Assembly: GCF_009914755.1 (NCBI RefSeq)
Contig: NC_060932.1
Strand: one strand, 5' to 3'
From: the human T2T-CHM13v2.0 reference genome, Homo sapiens
Length of the DNA: 64,000 nucleotides
Shown: positions 14,321 to 29,131 of the stretch, piece after piece
How the letters are laid out: the number at the start of each line of letters is the position of its first letter
Position numbering within the stretch: the stretch's first letter is position 1
Notes under the pieces: model-generated
The model's input: only the letters and a program-made list of their open reading frames with translations
What the model was told of the DNA's origin: nothing
Database searches by the model: none
Program-made: the position numbers and the translations under genes

Positions 14321-14432
14321 AATGCTACCTCTTGGAATAGATGCCAGAAAACTACAATTTACCTAAGTAATCAATTATTACTGTAACATGTATAAGTAAT
14401 ATTTTATGTGGTTTAAAAAATTCTGCAATATT

Positions 14433-14733
<301 letters not shown>

Positions 14734-15154
14734 TTCTACACTATTTACCAAATTCATCTTTTAGGAAATTATTTGAGTCTCGTAAAGACCCGTAAGTATA
14801 TATTTTATTAATTTGTACAGAAATTCTGTAAAATTCAGTCTTCTTGGATTAGTAAACAAGTTTGTATTTACCCTAATTTATAGTCTGAATCACTAACATT
14901 TATTATGTTCCCTACAAACTTCACCATACCAGCTGGAAAAATCCTACTTATGTTTGTTTCATTTAGTTTATTATATTCTCAGAAAGAATTTAACCACACG
15001 TGGAAAAAACATTTTCTGTATATCTGCAAATGTTTCAGGTCAAGTGTCCCTATTAAGAGTGTTTGACCTTAGGTTCTTGCTGCACCATGGGATCTGGTGA
15101 GTGGGATTCCATGAAGGCCACATTAGGCCTATATAAGATGCAGAGAATTTACTG

Positions 15155-15185
<31 letters not shown>
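15155..15185. repeat. Isolated poly(A)31
   Basis: 31 uninterrupted A with no recognisable Alu or L1 body upstream. Confidence 0.95.
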
Positions 15186-15189
<4 letters not shown>

Positions 15190-15709
15190 TCAATGCTGCT
15201 CGAAAACCCAGAGGCCAAAACTTAGCTTCAAGTGATATTCCCAACTGGGCATTTTAATGCACTTCTGAGGACTCTTGATTTATAGAGCTTTTTTATTGAC
15301 AGATATTTTTCTGTGACCTATTGTATGGCAAACACAGTATTTTATACGAGGTTAACTATTACCTATCTGAAGTAATAAGCTGATAAGCAAAGGATACCAT
15401 TGTACACACTGAAATGTCATTTTTTTTTTCATATAATAAGCTTTAAATACAAGCATATTTTCTAAGTTTTGGTCTTAGAATAAGTTTCTTATCTAGAAAA
15501 TGATATTTAATTTGCATTAGGCAGATTTTCAACTGCAAGAAACATATTTCCATATTAAAAAAAAAACTTTCCTCAGATTAAAGGTGTTTATGCATACATA
15601 AATATTTTAAATAAAATAGACAAACTATTCTGTTCAAAGAATCATGCAATTATATACTTAATCTCATTTTTAATATTGTTAAGTAATTTAAATAATGCCA
15701 TGTTGATTT

Positions 15710-16202
15710 TGAAACTGGCCCGATTATCCCACAGAACAAATGTTTATGATTTCTTTTGAATAAACATAGAAATTGACCCTCCCAGTCTTAAAACTTGAGA
15801 AAGTTACATTTGTCTTATCTAGTTCCTTTCTCAGTAAACCAACCATCAGGCCTTCCAGATAGTATCAAAGGGCTGAAACTGACCAGATCACTGCATCTGG
15901 ACAATAAGATGCCAGATCCCTTACCCATCATGATTGCCTAAGTGAACACCCGCTTCCTGTTGACCAGCTTCTCTTCCTTATCCCTCCCTAATTCCTGTTT
16001 TTCTGCATATAGGTACACATCCTCCTTGCTGTATGGAACCTTGATCTTAGTCAGGAAGGTGGATTTGAGACTGATCTTTCATCTCCTTTGTTACAGTACC
16101 TGATTAAATCCTTCTTCTCTGTCAACAGTAGTTGTCCCAATGATTGGCTTTCTGTACAGCAAGCAGAGTCACTTAGACCACACTGCTGGTGTTTTGGTAA
16201 CA
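15710..16202 (+). mobile_element. Solo ERV LTR, LTR47-like
   Basis: TG...CA termini (TGAAACTGGCCC ... TTTTGGTAACA); AATAAACATAGAAATTGACCCT and ACATTTGTCTTATCT motifs; ATTAAA poly(A) signal near 16103; flanks ATTT/ACTT. Confidence 0.75.
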
Positions 16203-16567
16203 ACTTCATGCCAATTTAATTAGGCTATATACATATGCATAAGCAAATGACAGATAGTACTTTGTCATTACATTCAGTCAGCAAAGATAACTATATCTGT
16301 CTTAATAACTGACAGCTTCAAATTTGAATTCACAGTTTATAAAGAAAGAAATAATGTGTACCACCTAAGTTTAGGTGGGAGTAGAAATAAAGAGGGCTAA
16401 TCATAATAGAGTAAATTTATTTAGTTATATTTTAAATAAGCAAATTGACTAGATTAATACTACAGTTGGATATTTTTAGAATGAATAAATGGGTAAGGGA
16501 ACAGAGATCCAAATTGGGAAAAAGAAGCTGAAGCTCTCCCATACCCTGGAGATAGAAGGCTTCTTTT

Positions 16568-18017
<1,450 letters not shown>

Positions 18018-18226
18018 CTAAATTGTTCTGATCATCAGATTCTAAGTAAAAACTTGTTCTGCTTCCTATTTATTTACAAGGTAAGTTTATTTACTTTACC
18101 AATAATAAATGTTCAAGGAAAATATCCATATATGGTAAGATTCACAATAAGCAAGTCAATGTTAAGGCATACTTCTAATAACTTTTTTGGCAATTTTGAT
18201 TTTTCTTTACCTATCTCATTTGGGGA

Positions 18227-18513
18227 TTTTTTTTTTTTTTTTCGGAGTCTCGCTCTGTTGCCAGGCTGGAGTGCAGTGGTGCAATCTCTGCTGCAACCTC
18301 CGCCTCCCAGGTTCAAGCGATTCTCCTGACTCAGCCTCCCAAGTAGCTGGAATTACAAGTGCACACCAGCACGCCCAGCTAATTTTTGTATTTTTAGTAG
18401 AGATGGGGTTTCACCATGTTGACCAGGATGGTCTTGAGCTCCTGACCTCGTGATCCACCCCCCTCAGCCTCCCGAAGTGTTGGGATTACAGGCATGAGCC
18501 ACCGCACCCAGCC
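18227..18513 (-). mobile_element. Alu SINE, AluSc-like
   Basis: Poly(T) then GGAGTCTCGCTCTGTTGCCAGGCTGG (1-nt deletion) and CCAGGATGGTC...GACCTCGTGATCC. Confidence 0.92.
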
Positions 18514-18984
18514 TGGTAAAATCCTAGTTCTGGCATTTTGTTTATTGTCACTTATATTTGCATTATTAGTATCATCTTCTATTATGTTTAATTGAAGCTT
18601 TTATTACAGAAGTTTTTAACAACTAGTCAATTTTATGAGAAATATTTTAGTTTGCAGTATGCTAAATAATCTTTAAGTCAATTTACTCTCCAATATATCA
18701 CAACTGTTTTTAAAGAATCAGTTGCTACTAAAAACATACACCTCCCACATTTTTTAGGACTCTCCATATATAATATATTGTTTGTTTTCTTCTGAAATTC
18801 AGACCAAGAATGTAGCAACACAGATCCTATCTTTCAAATATTAACAGAAAATAACTTTTTTTTTAACTTAAAAAATATAATTAGATAGCTATGACTCACT
18901 GAATTTTTCTGAAATTCCTGGGGTACTTTGTGTATAATTTTAGAGACAACTCTGGAACCAAGACATACTGCTACTGGTTTATTT

Positions 18985-20040
18985 ATTTATTTATTCAATC
19001 AATCATTAATTCATTTAACAAATGCTTAAGAACCATCTATGTGACAGGCACTGCTCTAGGCACTATGCATATAACAATGAAAAAACCTGAGACAATGTTT
19101 GCTCATGGAGTATTATTTCTAGTTGGGAGGTAAAGATGATAATAAATAGGTGTGTGCAAGTAGATACACATGAACACACACACATAGATAATTATTATCG
19201 ATACCAAAAGTTCATGGGGAACCATATGTGGGGAAGAGATATTGGGAGTGCCCATGAGTGTGCTATTTACAGAAAGTGGCCATGATGGCTTCCTTGAGTA
19301 GGTAAGATTGGAGCAGTTTTCTGAAGTAGGAGAAAGAGAAAAATGACTGGCTCCTTGAAGGGTAAGGAATCCAGGCAAAAGTAACAAAAGCCAAACCTGA
19401 ATTTTATTTTGCCTGTTCTAGGAAAAGCAAGCATGGTAGTAAAACAAAGCAGAGGAAGAGAGTGGGAGCTACAGGAGATGAGGTGAGAAAATTTGTAGAG
19501 AGAGATCCGCAATCAATTGGAAATTACAGGAGATTTTATGGGGTTTGAATTATCTTCTCAGTGAGGTAGGGAGTAACTGGGGGCATTTCAAAAGAGGAGT
19601 GAAAAGATCTGTGTTAGATTAAAAAGGATCCCTTTGACTGCTGTGTCGAGACTCATCTGTAGGGAAAAGAGCTAAAGCAGGCCGAGTATTAGGTGGCAAA
19701 TTATGGTGGCTTGGCTGAGGATAGTAGTGATTCAGGGTGTGAGAATTTTCCAGCTTCAAAAGTAGAGTCAACAGGATTTGCAAATGGCTTTTCTATGGAC
19801 CACCAAATATAGAGAGAAATCAAAGTATCTCAAGAGAGACTCAAGAAATCAACATCTCTCAAGCTACTTGGCTAGAAATATAAATTTAAAAATGGTTAGT
19901 ATAAAGATGAAATTTAAAGCCATAATATTAGAGGAGATCACTTGAATAGTGAGTAGAGTTAAGGAAAAGAAAAATATCTAAGAAAGAGCTGTTAGGGAGT
20001 CAAATGTTTAGAAACTAAGAAGATGATTAGGAGCCAGCTT
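18985..20040 (-). mobile_element. L2 LINE 3' fragment
   Basis: ATTCATTTAACAAATGCTTAAGAACCATCTATGTGACAGGCACTGCTCTAGGCACT is the reverse L2 tail; degraded L2 body follows. Confidence 0.8.
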
Positions 20041-23000
20041 TTTCCAGTTCTGTTCTCTTCTGTTTAGAGTTTATACCTTCATCTACTAAAAATGTCGAGT
20101 ATCAGGAATATCTAATGCTAAATTCTCCCTTCTAGCTTCTATGCTATGTTTCTCCAGACTTTTTGCCCTATTTATCTTTAAAGCTTCACCATTAGGCACT
20201 ATTATTATTTTAATAGTACTAGTCAAGGTAATAGTAATTTGTGCAGCCAATTATTTTTGGATTTGGATTTCTTATTTGCTCTCCATTTTTTTTCTTTTAG
20301 CACATTTTTCTAGGAATTTTTTCTTTCTTCTTGAAATAACATTTTTTACAATTTTTTTTTTTTTATTTTCAGTCTTTTGATGGTCACTCAGTGGTTGTTA
20401 AGTCAAATACCTTTATTTGGAGTATCCATGTTTACTCTTGATAATCTTCTATTACCTAAATACAGTTGTGATTATATTCTTTATTTCTTTTCAGTTTTCA
20501 TAGCAGCCACTATAGTATCTTTATCTGAACACTAATGTAATTGCTAATGTAAGCAATCCTTGAGGATCTAATTCTACTGTTAACTGACTCTCTGATTTTT
20601 ATAATGATGTCATTCTATTAACAAACTATTGGGGTATTCTTGCCACCTTACATTGGAAAAATTTGTTATTTATGGTTACCAGATATCACAGCTGACTAAG
20701 CTTTTTATCAGTCTACATCCAGAATCCAGGCCCAATAAAGGATTCCGAGGCTCTGATCATTACATGCTATCTGGGCTTCTATGAACAGAGGTTCTCAAGG
20801 GAACCCTGGCCTTCCAGGTTGCCTGCTGCTCCAGCTCCAGTAATCTGTCATTTGTTCTCCTATTTCCTTGGGCAAGTAGCAAGAGAGATTGGTAGACTTT
20901 TCTACCTCCTGTGGAAACAACTAAGCTATTCAGGATCAGACTGCCCTAAAGTGATATATTCCCTAGAACACTCAGTCTTCCATAAAGCTGGAAGCAGTAC
21001 TCTCATTTCTTTTTGTATTCAGTGCACTTTCATGTCAAAAAAGAAAATAGCTCAGCAGAAAAAAGGATGGTCCGTTATAACAGGGGCTTCTGAATTCAGG
21101 ATCACTCACCAACCCTTCTGAAATTTTTGCTGATCCTTAGTAAAAGATAAATGTAATTTGTTATCCAGCTAAATTTATTAAATTAAATGACAGAGAATTT
21201 TTTCTATAATTATTCCTATCGTTTGATATAAAACATATTTTATTAAAAAACATAGTGTGAATAAATAACAGAGTTTTAGTTGTTTTGTGTTGTTTTAAAT
21301 GATTTGCCCAACTTCCAAAAAATACAATGATATAAACACACATGACTTTTAAAGTACGTTGTGGGCAAAATTTAAAATTTTGGTCCAAATGAAAGTAGTT
21401 TGAACTTACGATGTGGCATGTACTAATTATGGTGTAGCATTTGATTCTCTGTGTCAGGGAAAGGGATAAAAAATCTTATTTATAAGTACATAGAAGAAAT
21501 ATAACTTTCTGTTTATTAAAAGCATTTTGAAAAGTTTATAAACAAGTTGGGGAAGTTAAGGTTTATTCACACATTATTAGAAACTCCCACTTTAAAAACT
21601 AATTAAACTGTTTTTATTTCTTTTTAGATTAATTTTAAAAAATTTAACCATATACATATACAAAATATCAATAAGAATTCTACCAATAACCAAATTTTCT
21701 TAAACCCCGACTCTTAAGTTGTATTTCAGTCTCAACATTAAAGGAATATGTTAATTAAATAAGCTTGGCTCAGTACTGGGAACAAATGCTTCTACTGTGC
21801 GTTCATCGTTCTTAGGAATACACTTTGCTCAGATATATATATTCCTATACACTTTGTGTATTTCTAAATGTCTATATTTCTGCATACGTATATGTATAGT
21901 TCTGCCCACTATAATGAGCAAATACACTATTATAATGGTTTGTCTTCTTTCTTTAGAATAGAAATGTCCTTCTTACTGAGAGTTTACTATTGGCTATATA
22001 AGTAAGGCAAGCATTGTAAATTATCCTTTTCTTAATTAGTAAAATAAAATATTTGTCATTGGGTAGTTATTTGATTAATTGGGTAGTTATCTGATTACTT
22101 AAGAAAAAAGCACTATCCTTTATTAATTGTTTGACATGTTTTTGCTGGTATTGTTTTGCTTACTATTTAATATTTTATGTGATAATTTGTCTTAATTCAA
22201 GGTGAAACTGCTGTAGTTGTTTCTCTAATTGATAAATAATTGAAATTTTATTCTAGTCAGGTACAAATATCACTATATTGGGAAACTGAAACATAGGCAT
22301 CAGTATAGCAAGAAACTTGAAATCTATCAATTATCTAAATTTAGATACTTTTCTAGGATAGTGTAGATTGTATATGGCAAATATGGTTTGCAATATATTT
22401 CCAGATGAAATATGGAAAGTATTAAAATAAATATGCAAAATGTCAAATGTTGAATTATAAACAATTGAGAGAAATATGTCATTGTATTTCCAAATTGTAG
22501 ACTCATTAATGTGACTTGCTTTTCTAGTTGTAGTTTGTTGTAGAAGGTCAAAAAACAGGGGATGTAGATAATGAATATATTAAATATATTCCATAAATAT
22601 ATTCATAGAGTTATGAAGTTATAAAGATTTAAGTTTCAATTTTAAAGTATAACATCTGAAATTCTTTGAATCTAATATTTTCAAATACATTTTAAAATAA
22701 CTTCCAACTTTGTATAATTATGAGCAGAGACATTATTATAGCTTTAATATATTCTAGATAATAGCTTCAGCATAACAGACTTTATAGTGAGTGACATAAT
22801 ATTGTACACATTTATGAAATCAGAAAGAAGAGAGAATTGAAAATATCTAAACTTACAGCAATAGATAAGGGTTCCAGAAGAAAATTAAATATTTCACTAG
22901 GCCCAAAAGACTAGATTTCTGCAATGAGCATATTTTTCCTAGTAAATACTTTGTAATGAAAATGTGAGATGTTTGTTTTAATATATCTGTAAAATGTATT

Positions 23001-23739
23001 CTGCAGAAACATGTGCCTTAAGAAATAAAAATACATGTTAGACACATGGAACAGAGAAACAACATAATCCAAGCTTGTTATAATCTTCCAGAGCCTTCAA
23101 AAATAGAGAAATTACATAACTGCTGGATGTGATTGATATTGAGAGCAACTGAATTAGTTTTTCTCCCTGTAATCCATGTTTTTGAAGGATTTGAGTTAAA
23201 AATAATATATACATGGGCATTACCAGATAAAAAGATATATTGATTGATACAGAAATGCATGAGAAATAAATACATACATAGATAAAATTCTAAAATAATA
23301 TATTTGGAAAATCCTTACTGGGTAATTTGACCAGTAAGAATGTAGTAATGTTGAATACTTCAGGTTAATACATTTTGTAACCAACTTACTAAAATGCCAT
23401 ATAGGTAAACAACTGATAGGTATTTATTATTTTCACAGGAATTTAAGTATAAGATAACTATATCATCTAAGCTATTTATCATTTTGAAAATTTTAGAATA
23501 GAAAGGAAGAACAGAGATCATTTGACCAATTTTAATCACTTCAATTACTCATACAATTTTTAAAAAATCACATCAATATTCTAAGGTAAAAGCCAATAAG
23601 TTATGTTAGAACAGGGTCACAGATTTTTAGAACAGGGTAGAAATTGAATGACTAGTTATCTGTAAGGTCATTATCAAATATAAGCGATGGTGAAGCTTTG
23701 AGTAGTTAAAACAATGCCAGTTTGACAATCCAATCCCAA

Positions 23740-24240
23740 TATACTGTGAGTACCTGACATGATGTGCTAGGCATTGATAAAATTGGAGGCAACTGAATAA
23801 AAAATCAGGGTCTCAGCCTGTTCACAATATGCTGGAGACAACTGTAAAAGTAGACTCTGAGTCATAATATAATGTTTTAAGTTCTCTCCTTGGAGCATGA
23901 ACAAAGTCTTTTGGATGAATTGATTCATTGATTCAACAGATATTTATCCATTCCATAACACACGCCTTGTACTTGGCCAGATGCTACAGTTAATCCTGTG
24001 AAATGAAAGTAGCTTCTCATGGAAGATGATGTTATGCAAAAGAACATGATTAGAATTTCATTAGGTAGGAAACTGGGATTGACATATGCTCAGCAGAAGG
24101 AAAGGCAGGAGAGAATGGATGTGGAGGTTGGTGAGAAGGCTTAGGAGTATGGCAATCTGGCAATTGGAGATCCTTAGGGAAAACATGCTGTCTGATGTGA
24201 TTTCCACAGGCAGTTGCAGGAGGGAAGTCTTGGAATTAGG
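23740..24240 (-). mobile_element. L2 fragments
   Basis: GAGTACCTGACATGATGTGCTAGGCATTG and ATTCATTGATTCAACAGATATTTAT tail motifs. Confidence 0.5.
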
Positions 24241-24490
24241 CCTCAAATATTAAAACTTTCCAGTTTAGCTTCTACATGCCTGAAACTCACTGGAATAGTT
24301 TACTATAAAAGAGTTACTACAGTAATCTCATATATTCTGAAGGCTCTTGCGATACATTTTATTAAATACTTAAAATTGTATTTTTTATAGAATTAATTCT
24401 TAGAAAAACAAAGGAAAAATAGCTTGTAATTTGGACTACTCTTCTACTCTACAACTTCTATCCAGATAATATTCCTATTTTTGCATCTCT

Positions 24491-24530
24491 TGTGTGTGTG
24501 TGTGTGTGTGTGTGTCTGTGTGTGTGTTTG
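24491..24530. repeat. (TG)n microsatellite
   Basis: Seen directly. Confidence 0.9.
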
Positions 24531-25258
24531 TGGGGGGCATTGGGGTGTGGTTGTGTGCTCTGGCTGGATGTCTGCTATCTATGGAGCTAGCCTTATTTAT
24601 TTTTATGCTAGGCCCAAGCTTTTCAGTCTCAGGCATAAGGTTACATAGCATTTCTATAGCACTGGACACTAGCCAATTCTTTTTCTATAAACCAGCTTAA
24701 GAATAAGAATCTTCTTTTAGCTGTATTGTTATTTTATCCTGACACCCATTACCTATCAATACTCTAGGTAATAAGTTCTTAGAAATTGGAGAACATAGTG
24801 ATATTGAACAGTGTAGTTAAATTTAAAGGGCTTAAATTTAAAACTTGTTCCAGGTTTTGGTATTAGATTCTCATATAAATATAGGCAGTAAAAGCTATCC
24901 AGACGCCAAAGATGAACTGATATATAGCTATATTAATATAATGTTGATCCCGAAGAACAAGACACGGTGGATAAATTAAGGTTTTCAATATATACATGTT
25001 GCCTTTTGTGTAATTCACTTTGCAACAAAGGTTTGCTTCTTTTGAAGCTTAATAATACTGGTATCAACGAGTTTTTCAATACCAAGGATTTCCTTGAATA
25101 CTAGCTTCTTAAAAGCTTAAAATAAAAGGGCATACATATCTGCATGTCTTTGTTAGTTTGGTGCTGAAGATCATAGTCCACAAGATACTTTAGAGGAAAC
25201 ACTGTGCAAGAGAACCCACAAGGCTGCTTGTTTTACAAACTGGCAAATACATAATTCA

Positions 25259-25557
25259 TTTTTTTTTCAGACTGAGTTTCCCTCTGTTGCCCAGGCTTGT
25301 GTGCAGTGGTGTGATCATAGTTCACTGCAGCCTTGATCACCTGTATTCAAGTAATTTTCTTGCACCTCAGCCTCCTGAGTAACTAGGACTACAAGTATGT
25401 GCCACAGATTGGCCACATGCCTGACTAATTTTTTAATTTTCTGGAAAGATGGTGTCTTACTAGGTTGCCAAGTATTTCCTCAAACTCCTGGCCTCAAGCA
25501 ATTCTCCCATCTTGGCCTCACTATTTTTATTACAGGCATGAGCCATTGCATCCAGCC
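25259..25557 (-). mobile_element. Alu SINE, AluJo-like
   Basis: GTGATCATAGTTCACTGCAGCCTTG and AACTCCTGGCCTCAAGCAATTCTCCC are J-type; heavily diverged. Confidence 0.9.
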
Positions 25558-25833
25558 AATCTACACTTCTGATAGTTCTCTATAATGTTCTTGAGAGCTA
25601 CTCATAGTCATAGGTTAAACTGATGCTGCTTTCTGAGGGACTCCGTTTTATATGATTGGTTTTGAAAACAAAAAAAAAATAAGTAATTTAACTGCTATAT
25701 AATAAGAGAGTTAGAAAAATACATGATGCCTTAGGGATTTGATTTCAAATAAATTTTGATGATAGGGCAAGCCTTTCTGAGTATTTTGATCACTTTCTTC
25801 CATTGATGTCTTTCATTCATAGAATCATGTGAT

Positions 25834-25958
25834 TGGGAGGCTGAGGTAGGAGGATTGCTTGAGCCCAGGAGGTCTCAGCTGCAGTAGACCATGATCATGC
25901 CACTGCTCTCCATCTGGTCAACTGAGTGAGACTCTGTCTCAAAAATAAAATAAAATAA
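25834..25958 (+). mobile_element. Alu right-arm fragment (AluJ/FRAM-like)
   Basis: TGGGAGGCTGAGGTAGGAGGATTGCTTGAGCCCAGGAGG...GAGACTCTGTCTCAAAAATAAAA. Confidence 0.85.
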
Positions 25959-26562
25959 CGCAATTGGTTCAATAGAAAAATCGGAAGTACTTGCACTACA
26001 TAAAAATAACTTCAGAAAGTGAAAAGGGCTTAAGAAATAATTTATGTAAACCTCTCAGAAAAGTTGTGGTGAAAATGACAGATCAAAAAAAGGATGTAAC
26101 GTAGATCTCACAATTATTAGCATACCAAAACTTAAAGTGTATAGGCTGAATCCCCTCTATTCCACGTGGATTCTCTAATAGCCTGTAGCATGTACATGAC
26201 TCTTGCAAACGTGAAGCTTGTAAATCTCAGAAGCTTATTACTAGTTAAACTCTAAACTATATATGAATTGATGGTTAAAATCATGTCAAATATTTAACAT
26301 AACTTATTTTGTAAATAAGATTAAAAGTTTATAGTAACTGGAAAAGAGCAATGTAGTAAATATTTTATTTTTTTAAATTTACCATCTCAAGATTATAAGC
26401 CATAGTGTTCTCAATAAATTTTTTGAGCTGTGCTGAAGGATGATAAACAATAACAATTAATAATGAGAAGCTCCTAAGCAATCTTTGTTCTTATTTCCTT
26501 TATAATTTTCTTAACTATTTATGGTTAAAATATTTGCATGATACGAACATTAACATTTTTTT

Positions 26563-27403
26563 CCAAGATGACAGATTAGAGGCTTTATAGCATGCCCCAG
26601 CCACTTGGAAATAGCAAACACAGTGCATAAAAATCAACTTGATTAGCCTTAATTCCAGAAGGAAAATAAGAACTAATTGAAATAGTGAGGGCCAACCCAG
26701 AGCCCGGGGAGGAGAAGGTGGGCAAGCAGCTCCCTTGCCTGATAAAAGTGAGTGAAGCCCAGTACACAAGAGGGGTGGTCAGTCACCCTCTGTGCCTCAC
26801 CTTTCCACTAAGGATCTGTGCCACCCAGGCCAAGGAAGAGCACCTTCTTTCTCCTAAGCCCTGGAGCTAACTTGGGGAGCAGCTGAGAGATAGAAAAAGG
26901 AAAAGACATGGGTAAAGCTGCAGGCATTCTCCCAGGCCCAAGACTGAGAGGAGAATGCCATTTTTAATCTCAGCTCATACAAGCTCAGTCATTGTTTGGT
27001 GGCCAGCAATTGCAGAGAGTGCCCCAGAGAACACATTAGAATTAGGCCTTTTCCCATTGCAGAACTGGAGCAAGAAGAGAGTTGCTGAGGCCAAGGTTTC
27101 ACCTGGGCAGCAAGGCTTGGAGCCAGGGAGAGCTTTGAGACCTGGAGCTGGTCTGGTCTGTGTGGCATTGCTGGGTTCCGCAGCCTGCTCCCTCAGTCAG
27201 TTGGGGAGGAATGCCGCACCAGCTCCAAGGAATGGGAAAGAGGTGGACCCCACTCCCCTGGAGATCTAACCTTCAAAGCAGACCACCTCTAAGGAAGGAG
27301 GGAGCACAGCCCACCCAAAGCTCCCTCCGGATCAAAGGAAATGTGAATATGGTGCCAGCTGCTGAAGGGGACATCAACAAAGCCTGGGAACATACTTGGA
27401 AAG
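26563..27403 (+). mobile_element. Old primate L1 5'UTR (L1PA15/16-like), upstream part, interrupted by HERV-H
   Basis: Starts CCAAGATGACAGATTAGAGGC (degenerate YY1-type L1 start); GC-richer than flanks; L1 resumes after the provirus. Confidence 0.7.
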
Positions 27404-27843
27404 TGTCAGCTTCTGAGCCCAAGCTAAGCCATCATAACCCCTGTGACCTGCACATATACATCCAGATGGCCTGAAGCAACTGAAGAACCAAAAAAGAAGT
27501 GAAATAGTCAGTTCCTGCCTTAACTGATGGCATTCCACTATTGTGATTTGTTCCTGCCCCACCTTAACTGATCAATTGACCTTGTGACATTCCTTCTCTT
27601 GGACAATGAGTCTCAGGAGCTCCCCATCGAGCACCTTGTGGCCCCTGCCCCTGCCTGCAAGAGAAAAAACCCCTTTGACTGTAATTTTCCACTACCTACT
27701 GAAATCCTATAAAACTGCCCCACCCCTATCTCCCTTTGCTCACTCCTTTTTCGGACTCAGTCCGCCTGGACCCAGGAGATTAAAAAGCTTTATTGCTCAC
27801 ACAAAGCCTGTTTGGTGGTCTCTTCACATGGACATACATAACA
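27404..27843 (+). promoter_or_regulatory. HERV-H 5' LTR (LTR7 family, LTR7C-like)
   Basis: TGTCAGCTTCTGAGCCCAAGCTAAGCCATCAT...TAACA; TATAAAA 27708-27714, GC/GT box GCCCCACCCC, ATTAAA signal. Confidence 0.95.
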
Positions 27844-27845
27844 TT

Positions 27846-27864
27846 TGGTGCCAAAGTCCTGGCA
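27846..27864 (+). other. Primer binding site, degenerate tRNA-Phe-like
   Basis: TGGTGCCAAAGTCCTGGCA is closer to Phe PBS TGGTGCCGAAACCCGGGA than to His PBS TGGTGCCGTGACTCGGAT. Confidence 0.6.
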
Positions 27865-27980
27865 CAGGGGGACTCCTTCAGGAGGCCGGCCCCCTGTCTT
27901 CGCCCTCACTCTGTGAGGAGATCCACCTACGACCTCAGGTCTTCAGACCAGCCCAAGAAACATCTCACCAATTTCAAATA

Positions 27981-27988
27981 AGGTAAGC
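27981..27988 (+). other. HERV-H major splice donor
   Basis: AG|GTAAGC at the expected leader position after CACCAATTTCAAAT. Confidence 0.75.
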
Positions 27989-29131
27989 GGTCTCTTCAAT
28001 CTCTTCTCCAGCCTCTTTCACTACCCTTTAGTCTCCCCGTCCTTTCAATTCCAGTTCTTTTACCTCTCTAGTAGAGACAAAAGAGACACATTTTATCCCT
28101 GAACTCAAAAACTCTGATGTCGGTCATGGATTTGGGAAGACAGTCTTCCCTTGGTTTCTGATCACTGCTGGTATGCCTGCCTTGGTCAGTCACCAACATT
28201 CCCTTGGTGGCAAGTCAATTGTGGGGATGCCTGCTTTGGCTGCTCACCCACATTGCAGCCCAGGGCTGCTCACCCTCACCCCCTTCTCTGTGTCTCTACC
28301 TTTCTCTTTAAACTTACCTCCTTCACTATGGGCAAACTTTTGCCCTCCATTCCCCCTTCTTCTCCCTTAGCCTGTATTCTTAAAAACCTAAAATCCCTTC
28401 AACTAACACCTGATCTAAAACCTAAACATCTTTTTTCTCCTGTAATACTGCTTGGCCCCAGTACAAACTCGACAATTTTTTCAAGTGACCAGAGAATGGC
28501 ACGTTTGATTTGTCCATCCTACAAGATCTAGATAATTTTTGTTGTAAAATGGGCAAATGGTCTGAGGTGCATGATGTCCTGGCATTCTTTACACATCAGT
28601 CCCCCACTAGTCTCTGTTCCCACTGTGACTCATCCCAAATCTTCCTTCTTTCTCTCCTATCTGTTCCTTCAGTCTCCACTCCAAGCTCTGAGTCCTTTGA
28701 ATCCTCCTTTTCTATGGACCCATCTGACCTCTCCCCTCCTCCCCAGACTGCTCCTCACAAGGCTGAGCTATGTCCCAATTATTCCTCAGCCTCCACTCCC
28801 CCACCCTATAATCCTTCTATCACCTCCCCTTCTCACACCCGGTCTGGCTTACAGTTTCGTTCCGCAACCTGCTCTCCCCAACCTGCCCAACAATTTCCTC
28901 TTAGAGAGGCGGCTGGAGCTAAAGGCAAAGTCAAGGTTAATGCTCCTTTTTTCTTTATCCAACCTTTCCCAAATCGGTTAGGATTTTCATCAAATATAAA
29001 AACCCAGCCCCGTCCATGGCCCGTTTGGCAGCAACACTTAGACGCTTTATCACCCTAGATCTAGAGGTGCCAGAAGGCAGTCTTATTCTTAATATGCATT
29101 TTATTATAAATAAAGTTTATATATATACATT

